Positions 40,139 to 49,686 of a stretch of 64,000 nt of DNA are shown here, piece by piece; position 1 is the stretch's first letter, and the number at the start of each line of letters is the position of its first letter. A model generated the notes under the pieces. That model worked only from the letters and a program-made list of their open reading frames with translations. It was not told where the DNA came from and did not search any database. The DNA comes from an uncultured cyanobacterium (GTDB lineage: Bacteria > Cyanobacteriota > Cyanobacteriia > PCC-9006 > JAAUQQ01), in contig OY970368.1 of the NCBI GenBank assembly GCA_963718615.1, positions 2,944,001-3,008,000 on the forward strand, given 5' to 3'. The translations under genes and the position numbers were made by a program.

Positions 40139-42478
40139 CTAACCGTTCATCACCTGGGTTGGAAACCGCTGTGCTAAGGCCGTGAGTGCGGGGCAGGCGG
40201 GTTTGCTGTCCAGGTTTTCGGGTTTGTTCCAGCTAAAGGGGGCCTGTTTGGCGGCGGCCAGCCAGAGTAATCGCTTGGCACGGGTCATGGCGACGTAGAG
40301 CAGACGAAATTCTTCCGCCTGTTTGAGCTGGCTGGCTTTTCTCCAAGCGCTGTCTAGATCGGGCAAGATTGCCTGGGGTTGCTCGCGATCGCCTCCTAAA
40401 ACCACCCCATTCTGTAAAACCCCATTCTGTAAGTGGGTGCGGATCTGGGCGCGGGCCACCTCTGCCAACGTAAAATCCCCCAGAAACTGACTCTGCGGGG
40501 GCACCCAACTTTGTCCCGGAATCGTTTGGGCCTGTAAAAAGGGCAAAAAGACATGGTCCCAATCCAGCCCTTTGGCTTTGTGCATCGTAATAATCGTGAC
40601 TTGGCCAGGGCGAGTATAGCGGGATTCAGAGTCTTCTAAATCAACCCCCTCAAACCGTTCGGCGCTGACAATTTCGCTCAGCGTCACCACAATCATGCCA
40701 AGGGACAAATCACCGCTGGCCCGACGGGCGACCTGTTCTAGGAGCTTGTCGGCGGTGGCCAGCTCCGGGGCGTCGTAATTGAGCGTCAGCGCTAAAAATG
40801 CAATGAGCTGGAGCGGTGGCAGCGCCAAGCGTGCCTGGAGTAAGCCTTTGCAGTAGCGGCGGGCCTCGCGTACGACATGGGCTTGGGGCGGCTCTAGGGC
40901 GCTGGGATAGAGAAATTGCTCCGGGGCGATCGCCAGGGCATTGAGATCCTGGCTGGGAATGAGCTGTCGCTTCATCAGCACAGTCAGCGCCCCCTTAAGC
41001 AAATCGGGAGAATGGGGTCGCTGGATAAATTGCAGCAGGATTAAAATTTCGCTGGGGATATGGGAGCGGCGATCGCGTTGCCCCACTTCGTAGATGGGAA
41101 TCCCATGGGTTTTCTCAAGGGCTTCGAGCCTCTGGGCCAAAAATCGTCCCTGTTTGTTTTCGCGAACTAAAATTGCCGCCTGGGTTTGGTCATCTTGGCT
41201 AAAGAGCTTAATCAGCCTCTGGCGAAGCATGGCAACGGTGTCCACGGTCGTTTCCGGAAACCAGAGCTCTAGCCCTCGACCCTGGGGGGCTGGATTGGCC
41301 TGGGGTTGGGGGTCACCCTTGGGAACGGGCTGAATATGCTGGGGTCGGAAGGGTTCGTTGGGATAGTTGCGGTTGACCCAGTCCAGGACAAAATTGGCAG
41401 CATCGAGAATAATCGGGCTGCTGCGACCGGCGCGGTCCATGGTGACGAGGCGGTTTTGGGTTTGGCAGCGATCGCAAAACTCCCGAAAGAAAATGGGGTC
41501 CGCCGGGGTAAAGGTGGAATTAATCGCTTGATTGGGGTCACCAACGCGCAGGAGATTGGGGGGGGCAGTGGGGCGGTCGGCATCACGACCAAGAATATCG
41601 AGCAGGCGCGACTGTAGCGGCGTTGAATCCTGGGCTTCGTCTTCAAATACGGCGAAGGTTTGGCGTTGCCAAAGGGCGCGAATTTCAGCATTGTCTAACA
41701 CCCGCAACGCCGCCAAAATCATGTCGTCGTAGTCGATCAGGCCCCGTTTTTGCAGAAGGGCCTGGTAGCGTTCGTAGAGACCAGCGGCGATCGCCAAGAC
41801 CGCATATTCGGTCGAGCCCATTGCCCCGGCGTCCGTCGAATCCGCTGCCGACCCTTCCGTTTCAGCCTGCAATGCCCACAGATCCTGGGGCCGTAGGCCT
41901 GAACTTTTAGCCTCATGAATCACCGTATTGGCGAGAGTTGGCAGCACTTCCGTCCGTAGGACCCCCTGTCGTCGTAGCCGTTCGGTGTCTTCACCATCGA
42001 AGCTGCGGCCTGAAATCAGGGTTTGATAGAGCGCCGGAAAATCCGCAATCCATTGGTCTACGCAGGCTCGCAGGAGACGGTGATTGCGAGCCGGGGTAAT
42101 GAGTGCCTGGTCTTCTAGGTTGAGCCCCGATTGTTCCGGGTGACGGCTGGCGATCGACAGGGCCAATCCGTGGAGTGTATGAACCGAAAACCCCGTCACC
42201 GGTAGCGAGAGAGTCCGTAATAAATCGCGAATTTTGAGTTTGAGGTTGGCCGCCGCCGAACGGGTAAAGGTGACTAAAACCAATTGTCGGCGTAGGGTCA
42301 AGCGATTGCGGGCGATGGCGATCGCCGCTGCCCCCGCCATCCCCGTCGATTTTCCGGCCCCCGGTACTGCCGAGACCGCCAGCTCTCCCCCTTGCCAATC
42401 AGCCATTTGCTGTTGACCCGTACGGAGGCGATCGCGAATGTCCTGGATCGCCCGTTCTAACTCCTCTGAGGCAGACAT
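40139..42478 (-). CDS. UvrD/REP-family ATP-dependent helicase
   Basis: AVPGAGKS, DEAQD, VGDPNQAI, TMHKAKGLDW and LLYVAMTRA. Confidence 0.93.
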   Translation of the reverse strand: MSASEELERAIQDIRDRLRTGQQQMADWQGGELAVSAVPGAGKSTGMAGAAAIAIARNRLTLRRQLVLVTFTRSAAANLKLKIRDLLRTLSLPVTGFSVHTLHGLALSIASRHPEQSGLNLEDQALITPARNHRLLRACVDQWIADFPALYQTLISGRSFDGEDTERLRRQGVLRTEVLPTLANTVIHEAKSSGLRPQDLWALQAETEGSAADSTDAGAMGSTEYAVLAIAAGLYERYQALLQKRGLIDYDDMILAALRVLDNAEIRALWQRQTFAVFEDEAQDSTPLQSRLLDILGRDADRPTAPPNLLRVGDPNQAINSTFTPADPIFFREFCDRCQTQNRLVTMDRAGRSSPIILDAANFVLDWVNRNYPNEPFRPQHIQPVPKGDPQPQANPAPQGRGLELWFPETTVDTVAMLRQRLIKLFSQDDQTQAAILVRENKQGRFLAQRLEALEKTHGIPIYEVGQRDRRSHIPSEILILLQFIQRPHSPDLLKGALTVLMKRQLIPSQDLNALAIAPEQFLYPSALEPPQAHVVREARRYCKGLLQARLALPPLQLIAFLALTLNYDAPELATADKLLEQVARRASGDLSLGMIVVTLSEIVSAERFEGVDLEDSESRYTRPGQVTIITMHKAKGLDWDHVFLPFLQAQTIPGQSWVPPQSQFLGDFTLAEVARAQIRTHLQNGVLQNGVVLGGDREQPQAILPDLDSAWRKASQLKQAEEFRLLYVAMTRAKRLLWLAAAKQAPFSWNKPENLDSKPACPALTALAQRFPTQVMNG

Positions 42479-42530
42479 TTCTGGCTGAATCGCATTAGGT
42501 TTCTAGTTAAGTTTCTGGTTAAGCTTTTGG

Positions 42531-42791
42531 CTAGGTTTTTGGGTTTTTATCACCGCGAACGGGCAAGATAGAGCTCGCAGCCCTGAAGGGCTTGGGCAGT
42601 AGCTGACGCAGTCCTTGCTTGAGCGAACGGATGCGATCGCCAAACAAGCGGTCCAGCAAGGGCACGCGTTCCGCCGTGACCAACAGCATGGCCAAGGAGG
42701 CCAACACCACCTTCGGTACAACAAAGACGACTAAACCCACCGTTAATAGCCAATCTGTCCCCGTTCCTTCCAAACCTTCGAGAAATGACAC
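42531..42791 (-). CDS. Small membrane hypothetical protein
   Basis: GTG-start ORF with a hydrophobic segment, co-oriented between tatA and the helicase. Confidence 0.5.
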   Translation of the reverse strand: MSFLEGLEGTGTDWLLTVGLVVFVVPKVVLASLAMLLVTAERVPLLDRLFGDRIRSLKQGLRQLLPKPFRAASSILPVRGDKNPKT

Positions 42792-42826
42792 AGGCGTAAA
42801 TTCCGTTGCGAAAAAAGTCCGTTGAC

Positions 42827-43027
42827 TTAGCGATCGATAATCTTGGGCTCAGGCTTTGATGAATCGAGCTGGGTTTGCACCTCAGCAGTCTCTGTTCCTT
42901 GAAGTTCTTCCTTGAACCCTCGGAGCGTTTTGCCAAAGGCGCTGCCCAGTTGTGGAATTTTCTTAGGACCAAAGACAATTAGAGCCACCCCTACTACGAG
43001 GGCAACTTCAACCCAACCGATATTCAT
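42827..43027 (-). CDS. tatA: Twin-arginine translocase TatA/E
   Basis: 'IGWVEV...LIVFGPKKIPQLGSAFGKTLRGFKEE'. Confidence 0.95.
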   Translation of the reverse strand: MNIGWVEVALVVGVALIVFGPKKIPQLGSAFGKTLRGFKEELQGTETAEVQTQLDSSKPEPKIIDR

Positions 43028-43175
43028 TGAAAAACTCCTGCTTGCCCCAGTCGAGCTCCGGTAATTTTTCCGGCGACTACTGTTTAGATATATTAAAGCG
43101 CGATTCGGGTTTCTCAGAAACCTTGAGGGGGGTTTACTGAACTTTTACCCGCCCTTTCACCCGACCTGTGCTGAC

Positions 43176-43289
43176 CTATTGGCCAATAAATCCTGAGAGC
43201 AGAATCAATACCCCCAGGAGGCCAGCCCCGATGAGCAGGACCTTTCCTGCGTTGGGACTGCCCTTCCATGAATAGTTTTTATCTGGCAT
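43176..43289 (-). CDS. Unannotated 37-aa single-TM small protein (not in ORF track)
   Basis: MPDKNYSWKGSPNAGKVLLIGAGLLGVLILLSGFIGQ*, with an AAGAGG RBS 5 nt upstream. Confidence 0.6.
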   Translation of the reverse strand: MPDKNYSWKGSPNAGKVLLIGAGLLGVLILLSGFIGQ

Positions 43290-43421
43290 CGCAACCTCTT
43301 GGCTTCAGACCATGGCGTGACGGTCCTTCAAATGTAACAATTCGTAGAGCAGTTGGGTTGGGCTTTAGTCGAGCAGCGGCAATCCGCTAAAGTGAACTCC
43401 AGCGCCCATTGCTTGTAGTCT

Positions 43422-44195
43422 ATGACCCACACACGGCAGCCCACGACACAGCCCACGACACAGCCCACGACGGCCTCCTCCCTGCGACAGCAACAGCATC
43501 CGCTCATTCGTCGACTGGCTGACCGAATTGAAACGATCTGGGCGCAGTACCTGACGCTGACCCCCTACGAAATGCCCGAGGACCTGGGCTATGTGGAAGG
43601 GCGACTTGAGGGCGAGAAGGTTGCCATCGAGAATCGCTGTTTTCAAACGCCTGAGTTTCGCAAGCTGCATTTGGAACTGGCCAAGGTTGGTCCAGGGCTG
43701 GATATTTTGCATTGCGTTATGTTTCCGCGATCGCGCTATCCCTTACCCATGTTTGGGGCCGACCTCGTGGGCAGTCGTGCCGGTATTAGTGCGGCGATTG
43801 TAGATCTCTCGCCGGTGAATGGGGAGCGCAAACTGGCGGAGAATTACGATCGCAAACTCGCGGCCCTTCCCCAAGACAAGTTTTCTCAACATCGGGATTT
43901 ACCCGGCTGGGGTGATATTTTCTCGCCCTACTGCGTTTTTGTGCGCCCTGCCGATGAGGACGAGGAGCTAGATTTTCTGGCACGGGTGGAGTCATTTTTG
44001 ACCATTCACTGTCAACATGCGATTCGCACCGAGCCCGTTCATACCCCTGAGGAAGAGGCAGAACTGCTCGCAGCCCAGCGGTACTACTGCCAAAAACAGC
44101 AGGAAAATGACAAGACCCGTCGGGTTCTAGAAAAAGCCTTTGGCGATGCCTGGGCAGAACGCTACATGACCCAAATGCTGTTTGATATGCCTTAG
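43422..44195 (+). CDS. pcyA: Phycocyanobilin:ferredoxin oxidoreductase
   Basis: 'FRKLHLELA', 'LDILHCVMFP', 'MFGADLV' and 'QQENDKTRRVLEKAF'. Confidence 0.96.
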   Translation: MTHTRQPTTQPTTQPTTASSLRQQQHPLIRRLADRIETIWAQYLTLTPYEMPEDLGYVEGRLEGEKVAIENRCFQTPEFRKLHLELAKVGPGLDILHCVMFPRSRYPLPMFGADLVGSRAGISAAIVDLSPVNGERKLAENYDRKLAALPQDKFSQHRDLPGWGDIFSPYCVFVRPADEDEELDFLARVESFLTIHCQHAIRTEPVHTPEEEAELLAAQRYYCQKQQENDKTRRVLEKAFGDAWAERYMTQMLFDMP

Positions 44196-45166
44196 GCCGG
44201 TTGCGATTGCGGGTTTGATTGCGGGTTTGATTGCCGGTGTAATCGCGAGTGCAGTCGGCGGGGGGAAATCAGCAGACCCAGGAGCGTTTTAGCCAGGGTG
44301 ATCGCCATGAGTTTGGTGCGCTGGCGCAGTAGTTGGGGCCGGTAGCGAATGGCCAGGAGCCAAAACCGTAGGCTATCGAGGTACTGGCGGCGGGTGTGGC
44401 CTAGGCTGAGGGAACGAAAGGTGAGGTATTGGTAGAGGTGGCTGAGGCTGGCGTTGAGGTGAGGGGTGAGCTGTTCGGGCGATCGCGCCACCGCCCCCTG
44501 GATCACCTTAAGGGTGTTACACTCCTGCCGCACAAAATTGCTGGAAATGGATTGGGGCATCACGCGATAGAGAATCTGGGGCTTGGGCACGACGACGAAG
44601 ACGGACTGTAACGCTAGTCGCAGCCAGAGATCCCAATCATGGACTGAGGCTAGATCGGGGTCAAACAGACCGACGCGCTGGAGTGCAGTGGCCCGGACCA
44701 TCAAGTTCGAGCCGTTTTCAATAAAATTTTGTTGGAACAGCGCGGCATAAACATTGCCCTGGTGGCGCGTGTAGGCTCCGCCATAGAGCCGCTGACCCGA
44801 CGGATCGATATAGTCCGTCCAGCTATAGACCACATCCGCTTCAGGATGGGCTTGGAGGGCGGCGACTTGGTCCTGGAGTTTCTCGGCTGTCCACAGGTCA
44901 TCGGCGTCCAGAAAGGTAATCAATTCACCGGTGGCCTGTTCGATACCTCGATTGCGGGCGATCGCTGCGCCTCCATTGGTCGTAGTCAATAGCCGAATCC
45001 GCTGATCTTGGGTCTGCTGCACAATTGCGCCAGTTTCATCGCTAGAGCCATCATCCACAACAATGATTTCAAAATCAGAGAAGGTTTGCGCCAGAACGGA
45101 CTGGAGCGTTTCTCCCAGGGTTGCGGCGGCATTGTAAGCCGGAATAATTACTGAAACAGTTGCCAT
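44192..45166 (-). CDS. GT2 family glycosyltransferase
   Basis: VSVIIPAYN, VDDGS, FLDADD and DWDLWLR. Confidence 0.92.
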   Translation of the reverse strand: MATVSVIIPAYNAAATLGETLQSVLAQTFSDFEIIVVDDGSSDETGAIVQQTQDQRIRLLTTTNGGAAIARNRGIEQATGELITFLDADDLWTAEKLQDQVAALQAHPEADVVYSWTDYIDPSGQRLYGGAYTRHQGNVYAALFQQNFIENGSNLMVRATALQRVGLFDPDLASVHDWDLWLRLALQSVFVVVPKPQILYRVMPQSISSNFVRQECNTLKVIQGAVARSPEQLTPHLNASLSHLYQYLTFRSLSLGHTRRQYLDSLRFWLLAIRYRPQLLRQRTKLMAITLAKTLLGLLISPRRLHSRLHRQSNPQSNPQSQPA

Positions 45167-45291
45167 AGCACTCTAGCAATCAAGCTAATCACAATTCTCT
45201 TTAGTAGTGCCCTAGGACTAGCGTGGTTACTTCAGTAAATTTTCGATCAGCAGGCATCTTAAAAATCATCGATGGAAGGGTTTCATCCCAT

Positions 45292-46173
45292 TTACCGGCT
45301 TGTTTTGGTTTCCGCCTCTAGGGCCTGTTGGGCTGCTTGCAATTCTTGCCGTTGGGTTTCGCTGAGCTCTGGATAGTGCAATTTCAAGTTTTTTAAGGTA
45401 TTGCCAATGATATCGGCAACAGCCCAGCGGGTAAACCATTTGTGGTCCGCTGGAATCACATACCAGGGCGCATGATCGGTACTGGTGTGGCTAAGCATAT
45501 CTTCGTAAGCCGCCATGTAGTCATTCCAAAAGGCTCGTTCTCGCACATCTGCTGCGGAAAATTTCCAGTTTTTTTCGGGGCGCTGAATGCGATCGAGAAA
45601 ACGTTGCTTTTGTTCTTCTTTAGAAACATATAGAAAAAACTTTATGACGATTGTACCGTTGTCATAGAGATATTTTTCAAAGTGATTAATTTCTTCAAAC
45701 CGTTGTTGCCAAATCTTGGGATTTTTCTTGATGGGCTCTGGTAGCTGTTGGTGTTGTAGAATCTCCGGATGAACCCGAACCACAAGGACTTCTTCATAGT
45801 AGGAGCGATTGAAAATGCCAATCCGACCTCGCTCCGGAAGAGCCTTCATATTTCGCCACAAATAGTCATGATCTCGCTCTTCCTCCGACGGAGCCTTGAA
45901 GCTAAAGACCTGACAGCCCTGGGGATTAACGCCTGACATGACATGTTTGATCGTGCTATCTTTACCGGCTGCATCCATCGCCTGAAAGATCAATAGGAGT
46001 GAATAGGTATTCTGGGCATAGAGGACGTCTTGATATTGGCTAAGGGCTTCCACGCCTGCGGTCAGCTTATCTTTAGCTTCCTGTTTGTTGTGCAGATTGC
46101 CGGTGTAGGCGGGGTTGTGATCCTTGAGCGAAACGGAGGTTCCGGGCTTAATGCGAAAATCGCTAGATTTCAT
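45292..46173 (-). CDS. ppk2: Polyphosphate kinase 2 family (class III-like)
   Basis: [22 protein letters not shown] and KNWKFS. Confidence 0.93.
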   Translation of the reverse strand: MKSSDFRIKPGTSVSLKDHNPAYTGNLHNKQEAKDKLTAGVEALSQYQDVLYAQNTYSLLLIFQAMDAAGKDSTIKHVMSGVNPQGCQVFSFKAPSEEERDHDYLWRNMKALPERGRIGIFNRSYYEEVLVVRVHPEILQHQQLPEPIKKNPKIWQQRFEEINHFEKYLYDNGTIVIKFFLYVSKEEQKQRFLDRIQRPEKNWKFSAADVRERAFWNDYMAAYEDMLSHTSTDHAPWYVIPADHKWFTRWAVADIIGNTLKNLKLHYPELSETQRQELQAAQQALEAETKTSR

Positions 46174-46721
46174 AAGTTTGGGGACTGATTGCTAGACAGA
46201 GGGTTTTGCTGTGTTCCTAAAATATACCGTGATGGAACCATCCTTTTTTTACAATCGTTTTTTTGCAATCGTTTTTTACAGGCGGTTGATACTGGACAAA
46301 TGCTGAGAACCGAATCTTTTCAGCCATTTTGCTCAGACATTTTGCTCAACGAATTAATGCGTCCTTCTGGGATGCGTTTTTTCTTCGACCGATTATCTTG
46401 ATTTCTCTATTTAAACAATTTAAATTGATCGACGCAAAACCTTGCTTTTAGACCCATTACTTACTCTTGCGGACAAAAAACTCGTCTAGCATTTACAAAT
46501 ATCGCCATCATTTTGCCGAGTTTTTACGGATGAATCCTGGGTTTTTGTTTATGGTTATGAGTATCAAGCAGGAAGCGTGAGATTGGCGATCGCTTACCCT
46601 ATCGCTTCTACCCTATTGAGTCCAGGGGATCGTACCCATCAATCCTTGCGAAGGACATTCCATTGAGTCAGGGGGCAATATCTGCCTTCGGCCCTTCGTG
46701 CTAGATCCTCAGGAGTTTTTC

Positions 46722-47609
46722 ATGATGAATAGGAATACGGCTCAAGCTATGTTCGGTAAAGGCTTGCCTCTCGTCGTTATGACGGCAATAGTGTCGCTAC
46801 CCGCCCAGGCGGCTACCCTGGCCGGTGCCAGTAGTCAGTCCGAATTATTTAACTTTATGCTCAATGGGGTGACCACGTTGCCCCTTTCAACGGATACCGC
46901 AACAGATACCCATACGCTGGTCATTGGTGGAGAATCGTCCGTTGTTAGCGTGAGCGATGCAACTGCAACCTTTCAAGTCGATCCTCCTGTCGCTCAGGCT
47001 CAGTCAATCGGAATTTCCCAAGGCGATGGACCAACCTCGTATTTCGGTTCCGCTGATGGCACAGCAGAAGCCTTGGGGCTCTTTTGGGTGGAGGGTCTGT
47101 TTTCCTTCGATTTCACGTCGGATCTGGAACTGTTGACGAGCCTTGACGATCCGCATTATGAATCCATCTGGGCTACGGGCAGCACGCTGTTTTCACTCTA
47201 TGGATCCGAAAGTCCCGATAGCCAACCTGTCTTGATTGATTTCTTTTCCCTCGATGGTGAGATTTCCTCGACCAGTTTCGGCGATGCCTTAGCAGTAGGC
47301 TATAGCTCTCATATTTCTCTAGCACCAGAGGATTGTAATGCCATCGAGCCCCTGGCTTGCCTGCAGCAAAACGATGGTGGCAATACAGAATCGGCCTTAG
47401 CCCATCTTACAGGCTCCTACGAACGCAATTTTGATACGCCCCTTTGGATTACCCTGGTCAAATCCCAGTTTGTTGCAGCCCAGGTTCAGAAGACGCCAGA
47501 AAGTACCAGCTCTCTTAGCTTTCTGCTACTGCTCGCCTTCGGTGGGTTTCGCTTCGGACACAAATCATCGGCTCGTCCTGCGGATCCTGACATTAGCGTT
47601 GATGAGTAA
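46722..47609 (+). CDS. Exported Ser/Thr/Asp-rich protein with a PEP-CTERM-like sorting signal
   Basis: Signal PAQA|A and C-terminal 'KTPESTSSLSFLLLLAFGGFRFGHK'. AGGAG RBS. Confidence 0.75.
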   Translation: MMNRNTAQAMFGKGLPLVVMTAIVSLPAQAATLAGASSQSELFNFMLNGVTTLPLSTDTATDTHTLVIGGESSVVSVSDATATFQVDPPVAQAQSIGISQGDGPTSYFGSADGTAEALGLFWVEGLFSFDFTSDLELLTSLDDPHYESIWATGSTLFSLYGSESPDSQPVLIDFFSLDGEISSTSFGDALAVGYSSHISLAPEDCNAIEPLACLQQNDGGNTESALAHLTGSYERNFDTPLWITLVKSQFVAAQVQKTPESTSSLSFLLLLAFGGFRFGHKSSARPADPDISVDE

Positions 47610-47728
47610 TTTGATGAGTAAAAGGATGGCTTAATCAGCAGGTTCGTGGCCTGTGGAGGCGTTGGACAGGCAAGAGGCTAGGCCAATCGTCCCGTCCTAT
47701 GCCTCTAACTACGCCTCTACAGTAGCGC

Positions 47729-48076
47729 CTATCTACCGGTCCATAGCTCAACGGTTAACGTTGTGGCACTACCCACTAATCCGGTAAAGTTGCCAGCCCC
47801 GTAATAGCCCGCAGAAACGGTTATTCCCTGGGATTGGGCAAAGGCATCGCCTCGGGCTCGGGCGCTGCTCGTGGCATATTGCGCGCCTAGGACTGCTCTA
47901 GTACGAGTATCCGCCCCCGCAAAGCTCACCGTTCCTAGGGCCAAGGAGGATGCATCGGCAAGACCATAACCATAACCCACTGCCACATTGCCATCGGCGG
48001 TTGCTTGAGGTCCAGCTGCACCCTGAAGTTTGGCCGACGCCGCTGGATTGCAGAACTTCAAATCTTGAATCTTCAT
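47729..48076 (-). CDS. Small Ala/Gly/Ser/Thr-rich protein with a double-Gly-type (GA) leader, EbfG-like
   Basis: MKIQDLKFC...KLQGA|AG. GGAG RBS. Confidence 0.75.
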   Translation of the reverse strand: MKIQDLKFCNPAASAKLQGAAGPQATADGNVAVGYGYGLADASSLALGTVSFAGADTRTRAVLGAQYATSSARARGDAFAQSQGITVSAGYYGAGNFTGLVGSATTLTVELWTGR

Positions 48077-48238
48077 AGGTCTCCAGTCGCTGAAATATCT
48101 TAGCGATCGCAAGGATTATTCGACAGATTTAAGGCTGGGTTCAGCGGTGGGTGATCTCTGGGAGAACTTTTAAGGCTTGCCCCAGAGATAACATAATGAT
48201 GCGTCGAAAGACTAACCGTTGACGCCGAACCCCAAGAT

Positions 48239-48541
48239 TTATTTCGCTAAATTAATCACAGCAACAGAAGCACTGGCGGAGTAAGAACCACCAAGGAATG
48301 TAGCTAGCGCAACTGAATCACCCCGAGTAAAGGAAAAAGTAGGTAGACTGGTATTGTTAATGGCTTCCGCGCTGCCAGTCGCGGCTGCACTATTACTGCC
48401 TGCTAGTGGAGTGTTGATCAAGGTGGTAAAACTGCTGCTGCTGCCAACAGACAAAAGGCGATAGCCTGCGGCTCCCTTCATCTTGGCACCGAGATGAGTC
48501 TGAGAAAGCCTGTCGATGTAGTCTAAATCGGCAATCTTCAT
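48239..48541 (-). CDS. Small Ser/Ala/Thr-rich protein with a double-Gly-type (GA) leader, EbfG-like
   Basis: MKIADLDYI...KMKGA|AG. GGAGA RBS. Confidence 0.78.
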   Translation of the reverse strand: MKIADLDYIDRLSQTHLGAKMKGAAGYRLLSVGSSSSFTTLINTPLAGSNSAAATGSAEAINNTSLPTFSFTRGDSVALATFLGGSYSASASVAVINLAK

Positions 48542-48607
48542 AGGTATAATTCTCCAGCACTAATTTGATTTTTCTCTTTTGGCTATTAAATTAGCCATTC
48601 TCCAAAA

Positions 48608-48648
48608 ATAATACTCGCTTTAAGAGTGTAAAGACTGCCAAATTGGCA
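48608..48648 (-). promoter_or_regulatory. TGCCA-N3-TGGCA box + 22 nt + TATTAT (-10) promoter
   Basis: Minus strand reads TGCCAATTTGGCA-gtctttacactcttaaagcgag-TATTAT. Confidence 0.65.
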
Positions 48649-48699
48649 ATTTAAAATATTATCTTATCAAGATAGAGCGATCGACAAAAAAATCAGATT

Positions 48700-49530
48700 T
48701 TAACGATGGGCGATGCGGTGATTTTCATTTTTTGCTGCGCCCATAGATCGACTAGAAGATTGGCGGACTAGATTCGGATCTGCAATAATTTCATCTTTTT
48801 CATAATGGACATAGTGACTCAGTTCTCGTTGTAGCCACTCTTGGAAGAGCTGCTCTAGGATACCCTGGCGAACGTCATCTGTTAGTTCCGCCAGTAGAAA
48901 AGATTCTGGTAAAAGCAAATGATAGCCATGTTCCGTTTGAATCGGATAGATTAGTTCGTTAGGATTTGCGCCAAAAACGGCAGCGGCTAGGGCTGCCGGT
49001 AAGGCATTGCGCTGGACTAAACCTTCATAGCCGCAGCGAGACCGCCGTTCTTCATTGACATCATAAATATGAGCTGCCTCATAGAAGCTAATCTCTTCTT
49101 CTTCGACTTGATAAAATAGCTCCTGGGCGAGTTGCTCATAGGGGACGATAATTTGATAGAGCAGCACTTTATCAAAGGTAATTCGATTTTCATAAAAGAA
49201 TTTTTCGACATCTTTTTCAAACAGCGTTTCCTTGAGCTTTTGGATAAGAAGGCGATCGCGAATTCCCTCTTCCCAGTCATTAGGACTAATTCCTTCGCTC
49301 TCCAGCCAGTCAAACGTGTCCGATGCTTTTTCTAGCTTCATTTGACGACGAAGCTGGTCGACTTCGGCCTGAATCTCCTTCTCATCAATGGCCAATTCAT
49401 GACTAGAGGCTTTCTCTTCCACAATCCGTTTTGACAAAATGTGATGGCAAACGGATTTAAATTGGATATTTCGCTTTAGGAAACTCACAATTTGGTCTTG
49501 GCTCACCAACTTTTCTAACGGATTTGTCAT
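48700..49530 (-). CDS. Parvulin/PpiC-type peptidyl-prolyl isomerase of the kind found in cyanobacterial T1SS/bacteriocin clusters
   Basis: 'LYQIIV..EQLAQELFYQVEEEEISFYEAAHIY', 'GYEG' and 'PIQTEHGYHL'. Confidence 0.85.
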   Translation of the reverse strand: MTNPLEKLVSQDQIVSFLKRNIQFKSVCHHILSKRIVEEKASSHELAIDEKEIQAEVDQLRRQMKLEKASDTFDWLESEGISPNDWEEGIRDRLLIQKLKETLFEKDVEKFFYENRITFDKVLLYQIIVPYEQLAQELFYQVEEEEISFYEAAHIYDVNEERRSRCGYEGLVQRNALPAALAAAVFGANPNELIYPIQTEHGYHLLLPESFLLAELTDDVRQGILEQLFQEWLQRELSHYVHYEKDEIIADPNLVRQSSSRSMGAAKNENHRIAHR

Positions 49531-49587
49531 AGGTAGGAAGGCTGCGTTTTAGGACGAGTCAAACGTATTCAACAAAATATTAAACTT

Positions 49588-49628
49588 AGGATATCTCTAA
49601 GTTCGACCTGCGTGTGGCCATTTTGGCA
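49588..49628 (-). promoter_or_regulatory. TGCCA-N3-TGGCC box + 22 nt + TATCCT (-10), possibly bidirectional
   Basis: Minus strand TGCCAAAATGGCC-N22-TATCCT points to the PPIase. On the plus strand CAGAAT also lies 22 nt away, toward GT41. Confidence 0.55.
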
Positions 49629-49686
49629 ACTGCCCTGCCTAGATTTCTGCCAGAATGGCAACCGGGCTCGGTGCATTTCTGCTTTG

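Noticed and set aside
43176-43289. psbH upstream of tatA
   Set aside because: The sequence lacks the PsbH 'GKV.PGWGTTP' motif; kept as an unknown microprotein.
46430-46446. c-di-GMP-I riboswitch (GACGCAAAAC)
   Set aside because: The upstream GGCAAAC/GAAA stem is missing.
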